Part shown: positions 18,801-29,300 of the stretch, one piece after another | How positions within the stretch are numbered: the stretch's first letter is position 1 | Layout of the letters: every line of letters starts with the position of its first letter | NCBI GenBank assembly: GCA_047601445.1 | Contig: JASGJH010000001.1 | Span: 4,928,001 to 4,992,000, forward strand | Length of the DNA stretch: 64,000 nucleotides | Direction of reading: 5' to 3' | Source: Myxococcales bacterium | Lineage (GTDB): Bacteria > Myxococcota_A > Polyangia > Polyangiales > DASUME01 | Made by a program: the position numbers and the translations under genes | The notes under the pieces: generated by a model | The model's database searches: none | What the model was told of the DNA's origin: nothing | The model's input: only the letters and a program-made list of their open reading frames with translations

Positions 18801-19549
18801 CGCGTGTCGAGCTTGCGCGTTGGGGTGTTGCCGCGACCGGGTCCCATGTCGTAGCTGGCCGCAAAGGGGCCGGGGACCTCCGGAGGGAACGCCACGTCGA
18901 AGCCGAGCAGCTCGCGCGGACCGAAGGCTCCAGCGACCTCCGCCTTCTGCACGCAGCCGGCCTCCTTGGCCACGCTCTCGGCTGCCTTGAGATCGCCCGT
19001 CTGCAGCGCGTGTCCAAGCATCAGCATGCGTAGCTGGTGCGCCGCCGCGAGCCCGAGCTTGTCGGCCTGCGGATGGATTTCGGCCAAGAGCGCCTGCATG
19101 CGCTGACGGTAGTCGGGCACGGCGTCGTTCATGTCACCGAGCGAGGCGAGCGCGGCCTCCGCCAACAGCGGCGCCAGCGGCTCAGAATCATTGGGCGCGC
19201 GGCGCAAGAGCTCCGCGAAGGCGGCAAAGGAGAGCTCGGGGTGCCCCTCGAGCACGTGCTCCTCCGCCTCCACGTACAGCAGGCGCAGGCCCTTCGCGCC
19301 AATCTTCTTGGCGTGCGCGAGCGATTCGCGAGCGGCCTCCGGATCGCCCCCGTCACCCAGGTGCTCGGCGATCGCGAGCTCACTCCAGATGACCGGGTCG
19401 TTCTGCGCCTTGCGGGCGCGCTTGCGCAGCTCGTTGAGCGGCGTGTCGCCGGTGACGGTCTGGGTGCGTGCGCCACAGGCGGCAGCGTGCAGTGCCACGA
19501 GCAGCAGTAGAAGGAATACGTGAGGTGCGTTGGGGCGCGGGGACATCAC
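15806..19549 (-). CDS. Large lipoprotein: TPR repeats, DUF3857 and a degenerate transglutaminase-like domain
   Basis: Lipobox-like HAAAC, TPR-like helices, DUF3857 signature 'LPNLAPGDYVEF' and C-terminal 'AAYPEFAEYC'. The catalytic region lacks Cys. Confidence 0.75.
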   Translation of the reverse strand: MMSPRPNAPHVFLLLLLVALHAAACGARTQTVTGDTPLNELRKRARKAQNDPVIWSELAIAEHLGDGGDPEAARESLAHAKKIGAKGLRLLYVEAEEHVLEGHPELSFAAFAELLRRAPNDSEPLAPLLAEAALASLGDMNDAVPDYRQRMQALLAEIHPQADKLGLAAAHQLRMLMLGHALQTGDLKAAESVAKEAGCVQKAEVAGAFGPRELLGFDVAFPPEVPGPFAASYDMGPGRGNTPTRKLDTRRCVLGAGRGAHNPRAGTSYLRTELDVAKAGAYALRLESPNSVMAWLDGKEIERIDLRAQPAFGVRFLPLELTAGKHELKVKLSSRHPNPVVSLALTPGTKEEAADVVLPEPNDAFTRYLDAKVALARGNGVLAREYLRALSQEKPSAHWLVLSAAAAVSDPLRPAELRRDTARELLRRAGRQNGFAWYPSVGLANLEAAEGRVKEAIDSLRAAQEQWPEVIVIRTSLIEQLRERGYTEEADLRVQELERRLPNACAVTGIALASARARGRIDQVAALSERMIACDATSTARFSVLKAQRKYSEAADELTRLSSLADPLDESQRIESELERAQVLGDVARARALREARSKLWEDRPGPVLDRADMLFSDQQKKAAVEYLGASLGKHPNELYDVRRVHEALGGESMFADYRKNGAEVIAAFEKSGQNYQEPQVLVLDYTVVRLFEDGSSVELTHNIMRVQSQEAVDENGEFSIPEGARLLTLHTVKADGTRLEPDAIAGKTSLSLPNLAPGDYVEFETVRGESPSVGFPGGYLGNRFYFKSFEVPFDHTELVVVTPAGLEPVLDPRGPAPKTVVETKSGLKVLRWYADQSRPLKPEPMSVASREFLPSINLGVKVSWEAYVESLRDLLSDKDVVDPAAKQALVAILGDQRDQTNAPASVKAAKIYRWVTDQIEPTDEVFGLAPAMLAARTGHRERILKYLLALADVPSDLVLVRGIEADHSDARLPDLETYGYLLLRAQTEKGPVWLHAAARHAPFGYLPPQVRGELGLVLNAQAERVTTPRGELTQDLRDVAVDVQLDKSGSAAVHVREALHGQGAVGWRNDLDEIPAAELEARFEESYLSSVIPGARLKKLSIESRDEPEKPLIIDYQLDVDVLGHRTDHELRVPPLLPNQLAAQFARVSSRTTSMLVAPPQATDIKVRFNLPAGTKLISAPKTTTLEHPLQARFVSSSKQTGDSVELTRSLRLPAGRVAPAAYPEFAEYCRAVDQAESSELVVSLP

Positions 19550-22500
19550 TTGGCCTCCCGTGCGAACGCGATGCGCTGTTTCAAAATCTCGTCCGCCTGT
19601 TCGATGAAGCGCCGGAACTCGGGGTAGTCGGCCGCTTCCACCCGATCTACGTCCATCTGGAAGTGGCTGGTGGAGACCACCTCGCCCGCGCTCTTGCGCT
19701 CGCTGCTCACACGCAGGCTGCCGAAGCGGCTCTTTACCTCGCCGCCCGCAGGCAGCGTACGCACGGAGAACCCGGCCGGAGCTCGCACGGTGCGCTCCTC
19801 GCGGTAGGCGTTCTTCACGTTGAGCTCGAGCGGGAACTTGCGCGTGGGCCCGGTGGCCATCTCGCGCAGCAAATCGCGCAGCGAAGTGGCACCGATGCGC
19901 AGCTCGTCGCCCTCGAGGCGCGCTACCTGCGGCGCCTTCAGGCGATAGTCGAGGGTCACGTCGCGCTCCAGCTCGGTGAGTCCATCGACTGCGTGGTGCT
20001 CGAGCGTGAGGCCCGGGTACGACGAAGACAGCTGGCGCTCGAGGCGATCCTTGCGGGTACCTTCGGCCTGGAACGTGTTGCGATAGCGGGCCGCGTCCAC
20101 ACCGGCGATGGTCTCCTTGACCGTCACCTGACCCGCTCCATCGGCGCTCAGCTGGATCTGCAGGTTGCGCGTGCGCAGGTTGGATTCCGGCGGCAGCACC
20201 GGGGTCTTGACCAGCTCGGCCTTCACGTCGGGTCCCACCAACAGGACCATCACGCCCTGATCGCCTCCAGGCAGCTCGCGGGTGCCGCTGTGCTCCGCGG
20301 TGCCATCGAGGAACAGCTTGAGCGAGGGCACGTAGGCGATGGCGTGGTCGAACACGGACAAGGAGGCCGGTTCACTGTCGATGGCGCCGTTCTGGCGCGT
20401 GCGCACCAGGACCACGCGAGCGTCGACGCCTGCCTCGCGCAACATGGTGTAGATCAACGAGGCCTTGTCCTTGCAGTCGCCGAAGCCACGGCGGACCACC
20501 TCGGGCACGCGGTAGGGCAAGAAGCCGTGGATGCCGAACTCGAGCGCCACGTAGCGGGTGTTCTTCACGACCCAGCCGTAGATGCGCTGCACGATCTCGC
20601 GCTCGTCCTTGGCGCCCTTCTTCAGCTCCGCCACGACGTTCTTCAGGTGATCGTCCGCGTACAGCTGATCCTGAATCAGGCCCCAGTACCAGCGACCCAC
20701 GTCCTCCCAGGTCTTGTAGGTGGACACGTGCAGGTACGGAATGACCTCGGTGAGGCCGGGCATGCTGGGCTCGGAGCGCAGCGCCGGGACGTCCTCGGCG
20801 CTGAAGCGATCGACGCGACGCTGGCCCTCCACCTTCCGCTCGTGCTTGAGCGCCGGCATGTTGGGCTTGTTGAAGTAGAACTCGCGTGAGCTCGGCGTGA
20901 TGAGCACGTACTCCACACGCGCGCGCGGCTCGCCGCCCGCCAGCATGTGAAGATCACCGTAGTAGTCGGCGAACACGTTGCGCGGCGCCACGTCGTCGAC
21001 GCGATAGCGCAGCTCCACGCTGTCACCCGGCTCGAGATCGGGGAACACCACCACCAGCGCGCGCGTGTCGTAGTACACGCGGTACCAGGGCTCGCCGAGC
21101 TGCTGCTCGTAAGTCTCGGTGGCGTCCAGCACCTGGCCGTTCTCGCGGTGCACGCGAGCCAGGCGGATATCGACGCGCTGGGTCTCGGGGTCGAACTGGA
21201 TGGAGCGGGCGCGCATGCGGCGTGCTCCCTCGGCATCATGGACCTGGGCCGCGAACTGCACGAAGCGCGAGCCGAGACCGTTCTCGAACACCGTGTTCAC
21301 GGTGAGGTCCTGCAGCACGCTCACCGGGTGATTGCTGGTGCTCTTGCGGCGCTTGAGGATGGCCTCGCTGTCCTCGGCGAAGGCCTCGTCGACGCGCTTC
21401 TCGGGCACGATCTGCTCGAGCAGCTCGCGCGTCTCGGCGTCTTGTGGGGAGTACTTCAGCGCGGTGCGGAAGCTCTCGGCGGCGGCGTCGGTCTGGCCGG
21501 CCCTGAGCAGCGCTCGCCCGTAGCGCACGTGACCGACAGCGCTCTCGGGGGCGATGTCGATCACGGACTTGAGCGTGGCGAGCCGCAAATCCTCGCGGCC
21601 GATGGCGTCGTAGGCTTCGGCCACGAAGAACAGGCGCTTCTCGTCACCAGGGAACAGCGCACGCAGCGCGTCCAAATGCTCCATGGCCTCGGTCTCGCGA
21701 TCGCGGGCCACGGCATCCTCGAGCAGGATGCGGCGCGCCGGCAGGTGATCGTAGCGCTTCGCGAGCAGCGTCTTGGCGAGCTCGATCAGCTCGTCCTGAT
21801 GGGGATCACTCGCGAGCACGTCGAGCATGCGAGAGTCGAAGGACTCCGCGCGCGGAGCTTGCTTGTGCGCCTCGCGCACCAACACGGCAGCGCTGTCGTC
21901 GAGTCCGAGCTGACTCAAGAGCGCGCTCTTGGCCTTGGCCTTGTCTAGGCCGATGGCGCCGGTGTCCGGCAAGGCATCGAGCATCGCGAGAGCCGTCTCG
22001 CCAGACGGGCCCTGACTCACGAGCTGCGCGTGGGCGAGCACTACGTCGGGATCGTTGGGCGCGAGCGCACGGGCTTTGCCCACGAAGCGCAGCTTCTCGT
22101 AGCGTTCGTCGGCCAGGCTGCTCGCGAGCAGCCAGCGCGAGGCCGTGGGCTCGAGCTCGGCGGCCCGCCGCGCGAGCTGTTGAGCACGTCGCTCGGCCGG
22201 ATCGTCGGCGCCGGAGAACCAGAGAAAGCGAGCCAGGTTCTCGAGATCCTGGGCCTTGGGCTTGGGCTTGTTGGCAGCTTCCTCGAGCTGATGCAGGACG
22301 CTCTTGGGACCCGCCGCCGGCTTCTTCGGCGGCTCGGCCTTGGTCAGGGCCTCGATCTTGAGGGGATTGGCCCGCAACGTGAGAGGCTGACCGCGCGCAT
22401 CGCCCACGCGTAGGTAGAAGCCCCAGCTTCCGCTGGTGACGCAGCTCTTCACCAGGATGCGGTTCTCGCCTTGCTTGGCCTGCACCAGCGCCACATCGCG

Positions 22501-23235
22501 GTCGGGACTGGGCGCGCGATAGGCCGCGTCGGAGAGCACCTCGACGCCGTTGAAGTAGAGCTTGCTCGCCCCGCCCGCGCCCAACCACAGGGTGATGGGG
22601 CCGGCCTTGTCGGCATGCAGGCTGGTCTCGGCGAACCCGCACACGTTCTCGGTCGGACGGAACACGGCATCGAAGCTCACGTAGCCGCCCTGCACGATGT
22701 CGGGCATCGAACGAAAGCGCACGTCGCGCTCACGGCCCTTGTAGACGGCCGCCGAGCTCGGGGGCGCAAACCGGTCGGTCTCGGGCCCGAGTTCGGTGCC
22801 AAAGCCGCGCTTGCCCTCGTTGTCGAAGGGCCCCACCACGCGGAAGGCGCGCAAGTATCCGAGCGCGTCGAAGGCCGCCACCGAGCCTGGCACGTCGCCC
22901 GTGCGACGCAGGTCCCAAGCCACCCGGCGCGCCGCGAACACGCGATGCTGCGGGTCGAGGTTAGGCGCGTCGGCAAGCTTGCGGAACGCGGCGAGGGACA
23001 CCTCGGGATCGGCATCGTCCGCACGGCGTACCATCTGCAGCAGCTCGAGCTGAGCCGCCGGCTCCTTGCCATGCGCGAGCGCCGCGGTGGCGCTCTTCTG
23101 TTGTCGTTCGTCGTAGGCCGAGTCTGCGCGCGCGCTCGACCACGCGAACACGTTCGCCAGCGAGAGCAGCGCAAATACGAGCAGGAAACGGCTTACGAAC
23201 CGCTGAAGACGTCGCATGTGACTCCGGAAGAACAC
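19546..23235 (-). CDS. Secreted TPR, DUF3857 and transglutaminase-like protein with an intact Cys-His-Asp triad
   Basis: Signal peptide, TPR helices, 'FPDLEPGDSVELRY', 'RYVALEFG', GDCKDKA, FDHAIAY and FLDGT. Confidence 0.85.
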   Translation of the reverse strand: MFFRSHMRRLQRFVSRFLLVFALLSLANVFAWSSARADSAYDERQQKSATAALAHGKEPAAQLELLQMVRRADDADPEVSLAAFRKLADAPNLDPQHRVFAARRVAWDLRRTGDVPGSVAAFDALGYLRAFRVVGPFDNEGKRGFGTELGPETDRFAPPSSAAVYKGRERDVRFRSMPDIVQGGYVSFDAVFRPTENVCGFAETSLHADKAGPITLWLGAGGASKLYFNGVEVLSDAAYRAPSPDRDVALVQAKQGENRILVKSCVTSGSWGFYLRVGDARGQPLTLRANPLKIEALTKAEPPKKPAAGPKSVLHQLEEAANKPKPKAQDLENLARFLWFSGADDPAERRAQQLARRAAELEPTASRWLLASSLADERYEKLRFVGKARALAPNDPDVVLAHAQLVSQGPSGETALAMLDALPDTGAIGLDKAKAKSALLSQLGLDDSAAVLVREAHKQAPRAESFDSRMLDVLASDPHQDELIELAKTLLAKRYDHLPARRILLEDAVARDRETEAMEHLDALRALFPGDEKRLFFVAEAYDAIGREDLRLATLKSVIDIAPESAVGHVRYGRALLRAGQTDAAAESFRTALKYSPQDAETRELLEQIVPEKRVDEAFAEDSEAILKRRKSTSNHPVSVLQDLTVNTVFENGLGSRFVQFAAQVHDAEGARRMRARSIQFDPETQRVDIRLARVHRENGQVLDATETYEQQLGEPWYRVYYDTRALVVVFPDLEPGDSVELRYRVDDVAPRNVFADYYGDLHMLAGGEPRARVEYVLITPSSREFYFNKPNMPALKHERKVEGQRRVDRFSAEDVPALRSEPSMPGLTEVIPYLHVSTYKTWEDVGRWYWGLIQDQLYADDHLKNVVAELKKGAKDEREIVQRIYGWVVKNTRYVALEFGIHGFLPYRVPEVVRRGFGDCKDKASLIYTMLREAGVDARVVLVRTRQNGAIDSEPASLSVFDHAIAYVPSLKLFLDGTAEHSGTRELPGGDQGVMVLLVGPDVKAELVKTPVLPPESNLRTRNLQIQLSADGAGQVTVKETIAGVDAARYRNTFQAEGTRKDRLERQLSSSYPGLTLEHHAVDGLTELERDVTLDYRLKAPQVARLEGDELRIGATSLRDLLREMATGPTRKFPLELNVKNAYREERTVRAPAGFSVRTLPAGGEVKSRFGSLRVSSERKSAGEVVSTSHFQMDVDRVEAADYPEFRRFIEQADEILKQRIAFAREAK

Positions 23236-23377
23236 TCATTCGAGATGACTCGCAACTCGCGTTCGCGACCCAGCGTAGCCCTCTCGTCCGATGGGAACAA
23301 GGAATCGGCAGCAAGCGCGCTGGTGCCTTTTTTCAGGGGGCTTGCGCGTGGGCGAATAAAAGGACGTATGCGTGCGT

Positions 23378-24166
23378 TCAGGGCGTGAGCCTGGCGAGGG
23401 GAAGACCGCGCGCACGACTCGGCTCCTGGAACAGGGTCGGGTCGCAGAGGAGCTCGGCGAGCGCGCGATCGAGCACTGTTCTGAGCTCGGAGCGGCAATC
23501 GGTCTCACACGTTACGGGCACCACCACCAGGGTGCCCAGCATGTCGTCGCGCCCGAGCACCAGATGCTCGAACAACGCGTGTCCGAAGGGGACTGCGCGG
23601 GCGACCCGCGCCTCGAACCACGGCGCGAGTGCGCGCTCGAAGGCCTCGGGATCGTCCGGCAATGCTGCCGCGTGAGCGCTCGGCAAGGCCACCAGGATGC
23701 CCCCTTCGTCGAGCAGGGAGAGCGCGTCCTGCTCGCGCGTACGTGCCCCGGGCAAGCGCCGGGCATGGGGCGCGATGCGCGCCTGCAAGAGCCGATATTG
23801 GCGCGCGTGGAGTGCCCACTTGGCCGCGGGAAAAGCCAAAAAAGCCAGGGCGTTGAAGAAATCGTGCCAGTCGTCGAGCCGGGTCGGCACCTGCCCGCGC
23901 TCCACGATGCGCCCTTCGTACAGCTCGCCCAGCACCACCGGGCTCGTGCGGGTGCGCCGCCGCGGCTTTTTGGCGGGCGCGCTCGCGAACGTGAGTGCGG
24001 GCACCCCCGCACGCGGAGCCAGCTCCGCGTGCAGCTGGGTCCAGACCTCCGGCGCGGGAAATTCTTCACCTTGCGTGACCCGCGACAGCATGGGCTCCAA
24101 CCAGGCGTACCAGGGACTCTCCAGGAACACCTGGCGCGAGAAGCCACGCGCGTGAGACAGCGCCAC
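23378..24166 (-). CDS. DUF3025-family protein
   Basis: 'YEGRI...GQVPTR.DDWHDFFNAL..L.FP.AK.ALH', 'RT..QDALSLLDEGG', 'FGHALFEH'. Confidence 0.75.
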   Translation of the reverse strand: MALSHARGFSRQVFLESPWYAWLEPMLSRVTQGEEFPAPEVWTQLHAELAPRAGVPALTFASAPAKKPRRRTRTSPVVLGELYEGRIVERGQVPTRLDDWHDFFNALAFLAFPAAKWALHARQYRLLQARIAPHARRLPGARTREQDALSLLDEGGILVALPSAHAAALPDDPEAFERALAPWFEARVARAVPFGHALFEHLVLGRDDMLGTLVVVPVTCETDCRSELRTVLDRALAELLCDPTLFQEPSRARGLPLARLTP

Positions 24167-24176
24167 CGATGCGTCC

Positions 24177-25211
24177 TCAGTACGAGAGCCAGGTCAGCTC
24201 GAGTTGGTCGGGGTGTGCGCCCGCCGCCGTCGCCACGTGGTAGCGGGGCCCCGTGCAACCGTGCCGTGCCAGCTGCTCGCGCAGCGCCGCGCCGCGTGAC
24301 TCCGCCAGCGCGGGAGGCTGCGAAGGCAGCGCGACTTGCACGGGCCCGCGGGGGTGAGCCTGGGCCAGCGAGCACAAGTGGGACAGAACGTGCTGGGAAG
24401 CGGGCGAGAGGCGGCCGCCCGCAAAGGCATGGTCGATCGACACGCCGAGTCCGCGCTCGTTGCGCGTGAGCGCCGCGCCGCTCTGCGTGAGCGCCTCGCT
24501 GAGCGAGGCCCGCTCGAGTTCGCTTGGTGCCGCCTCGCCCGTACGCAGCGCCCCGAGCGACGCAAGCCCGTCGAACAGGGCCGCGTCGGCCAGCGCCAGA
24601 GCGTCGTCGGGTTGCTTGGCGAGCGAGGCCTGCGCCCGCTCGAGCTTGGCCTGGACAGGGGCCAGCTGCGCGCCCGGCAAGCCGTAGCTTTGGAGCGCCA
24701 TCCACACCAACTGGGCCCGCATGATCAGGGAATTCGCAGCGGCTTCAATTTCCGGGCGCGCGAGCTTGACCCGCTGCTGGGGCAACAAGGCCGCCCGCGC
24801 CAGCGCGAGCTCCTCTTCGCGACGCACGATCTCCCCCGCCGCCGCGCGCTGCGCCTGCACGGCCAGCTCCTCGCGCGCGCGCTCCTCTGCCAATGCGCGT
24901 GCTTCGAGCTCCGCGGTCTCGCGCTCCACCTTCAGACGCGCCAGCGACAGCTGCTTGCGCTCGCCCTCGGCGATGGCGGCCTCCAACCAGGCGCGCGCCT
25001 CCGTCTCGTAGTCGGCGTGCGCGACGCTCTCGGACTTGACCTCACCGGCAAGTTGCTGGGCGCTCTCGTAGCGCTGGTAGAGCTCGGGGGCGGCCTCCGC
25101 GGCGTCACGATGCTTCGCGCGCGCGAGCTGCAGTTGCTGCAGTTGCTGCGCCTCCGAAAGGCCACCCGCGCAGGCCGCGAGCCCCACGCCAACGAGCGCC
25201 CAGGCTCTCAT
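24177..25211 (-). CDS. Putative lipoprotein with coiled coil and a possible degenerate OmpA-like C-terminal fold
   Basis: Lipobox LAAC and helical middle region. The C-terminal 'LAESRGAALREQL' weakly resembles the OmpA_C helix. Confidence 0.5.
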   Translation of the reverse strand: MRAWALVGVGLAACAGGLSEAQQLQQLQLARAKHRDAAEAAPELYQRYESAQQLAGEVKSESVAHADYETEARAWLEAAIAEGERKQLSLARLKVERETAELEARALAEERAREELAVQAQRAAAGEIVRREEELALARAALLPQQRVKLARPEIEAAANSLIMRAQLVWMALQSYGLPGAQLAPVQAKLERAQASLAKQPDDALALADAALFDGLASLGALRTGEAAPSELERASLSEALTQSGAALTRNERGLGVSIDHAFAGGRLSPASQHVLSHLCSLAQAHPRGPVQVALPSQPPALAESRGAALREQLARHGCTGPRYHVATAAGAHPDQLELTWLSY

Positions 25212-25735
25212 GGGTTGGGACCTACAGCGGCCGGAGCCACCGGAGTCGTCAAGGTGCGCAGCCGCTCGGCCTCCGCCGCCCGCGCGGCCTGTGCGCTCTG
25301 CAGACGTGTCCGGGCGGCCTCCCGCCGCGCCTCGGCCGCACGCATGAGCTCCCGCTCCAGCATCAGCGAGTAGCGGCGCTCGGCCAGGGCCAGCCCCGCG
25401 CGCGCCAGCCCCTCGGTACGCTGCGCACCAGACATATCCCGACGTGCCCAGGCCTGACGCATGGCATCTAGCGCCAGCTTCACCCCGCTCAGCGGTCCGC
25501 GGACCTCCGGCGGCAAGTTGCCTCGCTCCTCGAGCGCTGCCGCGCGCCGGGTGAGCTCGGCGATGGTGCGCGAGGTGTCGTCATCGAGGAGCTCTGGTGC
25601 TGCGGCCGACGCGCTGTCCTCCTCGACCTCGGCCTCCCCTTCCTGCCCGAAAGCGCGCGCGCCTCCCGACAGCAGCACCAGCACGACCAAGCTGCCAGCC
25701 AGGCCCCGTGTCGCCGTGTTTGCCCCCCTGCGCAT
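25208..25735 (-). CDS. Secreted helical hypothetical protein
   Basis: Signal-peptide-like N-terminus and Ala-rich coiled coil. ATGA overlap with the downstream gene. Confidence 0.55.
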   Translation of the reverse strand: MRRGANTATRGLAGSLVVLVLLSGGARAFGQEGEAEVEEDSASAAAPELLDDDTSRTIAELTRRAAALEERGNLPPEVRGPLSGVKLALDAMRQAWARRDMSGAQRTEGLARAGLALAERRYSLMLERELMRAAEARREAARTRLQSAQAARAAEAERLRTLTTPVAPAAVGPNP

Positions 25736-25776
25736 GGCCCCGAGTGTACCCGACCCTGGCCCGCGTCAACCCGGGA

Positions 25777-26364
25777 CTACTCCGCGCGTGCCTGATCCTC
25801 GGCCACCGCCTTGGCGGCTTCCTTCGCGGAAAGCGGAGGCGCCCCCAAAAAGGTGCGCTCCTCCAGCGTGAGGCTCACCCCGCGCCCCTGATCGACGAGC
25901 GCGACCTGGACGTCGAAGCGCATCGCGTTGGCCTCCGCCGACAGCGGCATCACCGAGCGATAGATGGCCCCTTCCCCGAGCTCGTCCACCTGCCCTGTGA
26001 GCATGCGCGCGGCCAGGTAGTCCCGCAGCTGCGTCATGCTGACCTGGTGCGACACGAACGCGTGGTGTTGGGGCCGGGAGGCCGCGTTCTCGAAGCCGGC
26101 GGGGATCTCGAACCAGGCGATGCGTAGGCCGCTGGGCTTCAGGCGCCCCTCCGCATCGATGGGGCTCTCCGCGCGCACCGCGGCGCTGGTGACCGACGCT
26201 GCTTTGGGCGCGCTCGAGGGCTCCTCGCGAGGACCCGCCGCTGGTCCACTACACGCGGCCAGCCCCCACGAGACCACGAGCGCCATCGATGCGGCCCCGC
26301 AACTCGGCCCGGAGCCGGTCCGCAGCCCTCGCGGCCGCGACCCGCGCCAACCCTCGCGTCTCAT
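25777..26364 (-). CDS. Hypothetical lipoprotein
   Basis: Lipobox 'GLAAC'. The ATG at 26364 overlaps the pilY1 stop (ATGA); alternative start at 26286. Confidence 0.55.
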   Translation of the reverse strand: MRREGWRGSRPRGLRTGSGPSCGAASMALVVSWGLAACSGPAAGPREEPSSAPKAASVTSAAVRAESPIDAEGRLKPSGLRIAWFEIPAGFENAASRPQHHAFVSHQVSMTQLRDYLAARMLTGQVDELGEGAIYRSVMPLSAEANAMRFDVQVALVDQGRGVSLTLEERTFLGAPPLSAKEAAKAVAEDQARAE

Positions 26365-29300
26365 TCGAGCGACCCACCCCAACCGACGAAGCGTGCTTCG
26401 GCCGGGATCGAGAGCGACTGTGTGTACTGATTGAGCAGCGAGTTGTCGGCGCGCGTGCCGCCCTTGCCGGAGATCATGGCGCGGATCTGGTACTGACCGC
26501 CCGTGATCTGGGAGTCGGCCGCGGCGGACTTCTTGATGGCGAACGGAGAGTACTGATTGTCCGAGAGCCCCGCCACGCATACCGGATCACTCGCGACCGA
26601 CACGCCGAGGATCAAGCTGTCGTCGAAGTCCTTGTTGATGTAGCTGACGTAGATCGGCTTGTGATCGGCGTCCTCGCCGTTGACGAACATCGGCTCGGGC
26701 CCGCTCGAAGGGACATTCTTGCCCTCGGGGGTCTTCGTCTTGGTGTCCATGTAGTGGATGCCCCACAGGCGACTGAAGCCGAAGTCGCAGGCATTGCCGG
26801 TCTGCGGACTCACGAAGCTGCCGAAGTAGAGCACCTTGTTGAACAGCGACAGCGGACCCGTGACCGACTCACCGGGCTCGAGCTGGACGTCCCAGTTGGC
26901 ATCGACCGTGCCCTTGAAGATCTGCCCATTCGAAGTGTCGAGCTCACGTGTCTCGAGCAGCGACACCAGACGCTGACGAACGGGGTCGGCGGCGTTGGGC
27001 TTCTCCACCAGGTTATCGATGTCGCCGGTGCCCACCATGATCACGTAGTGACCGCTGGCGTCGCGGCTCAACAGCGGAGGATGAATGGAGGGACGGCCCT
27101 TGTCGTAGCCAGTGAGCGTGTTGAGCGGATCGTGGAACAGATCCCAGAGCGGCTCCACGAGCCACTTGCTCGGGTTGGGATCGGCCATCGAGAGGCGCCA
27201 CAGCACGCCGTCCTGGTCGGTGAAATAGGCAGCGCGGGACACGTCGAGGCCGTCGCCGTCCACCGCCACGGAGCCCGTGAGCGGAGACGGGAAGTGTTGG
27301 GCGTCGAACTCCTGGATCAGCTGACCCGTGGCAACATCCACGATGTAGAGGCCGCGTCCGCGCTGCTCCCAGCAGCGCACCTTGGCGCGCTTGCCCGCCG
27401 GGAACTTGGCGAGGGTCTTGTCGGCCACCAGCGTGGTGGTGGTACAGGTACCGGACGAAGGCTGATGTCCCTGACCGCCCGGCAAGATGGCGATGGCGCG
27501 CTCGCGCGCGGTGCTCTCGTTGTCCCACAGGATGCGGGCCTGGGCGAGCGCGGGAGTCGCCACGGTGAGTCCCATCGCGGCTGACGAGAACTGCCACAGG
27601 AACTTCGGCGGCTTGTCGGCTTCCGTGATGTCGAGCGCGACGTAGGCGGGCGCCCCGCGCAACGCGGAGACCAACACCGTGGCGTAGGTCCCCTGGCGGG
27701 TCGTGGCATCGCGCGAGAGCAGCATGTTGCGGACCTGCGGGGTGCCGTCGAACATCTCCTGGTGCGTGGGCGCGGCGGCCGAGGCGAGCTTGCCGAACAG
27801 GGCCGGCGGCACGAAGCCCCAGAACTCCACGCCAGCCTTGACCTCGGTGTTGCTCCTATCCTTCCAGGTGTCGAGGTTGAAGGCGTGCAACACGCCGTCG
27901 TTGGTGCCCACGAACACCACACCCGGACGGCCGTCTGCGCCGTACTTGTCGAGGCCCGTGGGTGCCGGCAGCGAGAGCTTGCGCAGGTAGTTGTTGAGCT
28001 GCTCGTCGCTGGTGTTGATGAAGCGGCTGTTCGAGACGAGCGGCGGCAAGGCCACGGGGTTCGAGTGATAGATGTCGGCCAAGGCGGGCTTGCGCTCGGT
28101 GGGATCGGCGCGCACGTAGCGCACGATCTTGTCGCGGTCGCTGCCCTCGCCGGACACGCCGTTCCCATCGGCGTCACCGAACAAGGAGCTCGCGAGGCTG
28201 TCCTTGTCGAAGTTCACGTCGGTGTAGTCGTAGGCGACCTCGGCCTGATTCGTGTTGATCGAGACGTCGTAGGCCGGGCGATTCGTATCGAAGGTGCCCG
28301 AGGACGCTCGCACGTTGTAGACGTTCGTGGCGTTCTCGTTGGACTTGGTGCGGTAGCGCGTGGACAGCTCCCCGAAGCGGCCACCCAGGATGGTGGCGCG
28401 CGCAGCCGTGGCCGACTTGGGCACCACCGTGGTGATAGTGCGGCCGTTCGACGTCTTACTCTGCTCGTCCAGCTTAAGGTGGAAGAAGTCACCGTCTGCC
28501 TCGGAGAGGTCCAACGGCTCCGGCGCCAGCGGCGCGCCCACGCAGCCGAAGCGTTGGCGATACAAGAGGCCCTCCCAGGGGTCGTTCTCGTCGTCGCCGA
28601 TGCGGAAGCCGGCCGTGATCTCGTACTGCTGCGCGCCCGCGTACGGAGGCAGGCCGTTGTCGACGACCTGCGGCGTGGAGCGCGTGGCCGCGTCATGCGA
28701 CACGTTGCCGAGGATGCTGCTGAGCTTCTTGCGCAGTTCGGCCGGCGTGGACGCGGGGATGGAGGGGCGCTCGCCGCCCTTCTGGGCGATCTCGTCGAGG
28801 ATGGCCTTGGCGTTCTCGTCCACGTCGAAGGCCACCACCAAGAGCTCCTTGAGCAGCTTGCTGGTCTTCAGCTCGGCGGCCAGCTCGGACTCGGTGGGAT
28901 AGGGGCAGGAGCACTTGTGGTCGCTGCAGTTGTCGAGGTCGCCCGTACTCAGACAGGCGCAGTCGGCGTCGTTGGTGGTCTGGCACTGAAAGCGATTGTC
29001 GCGGAACAGGGCATCGGGCGCGCCGTCGGTGATCAAGATGGCGTAGCGCTCACGGCATTCCGCGAAGACGTCGTTGCCGCCGCTCTTCACCGAGTCGTCG
29101 TTCGTCAGGTAGTACTTGAGGTCGTCGAGCATGGCGGCGATGGGGGTGCCGCCGAAGGGGCGCACCGCGAGCAGCGAGCTCTGCACGTCCTGATTCACTT
29201 TGACGATGTCGTCGCCGTCCTCGGCCACCGCGATCAGCGCGCCCTCGTGGTCGCCGGGTCCGCGAGCTCCCGCGTTCACGCCGTAGGCTTCGCAGTGCGG

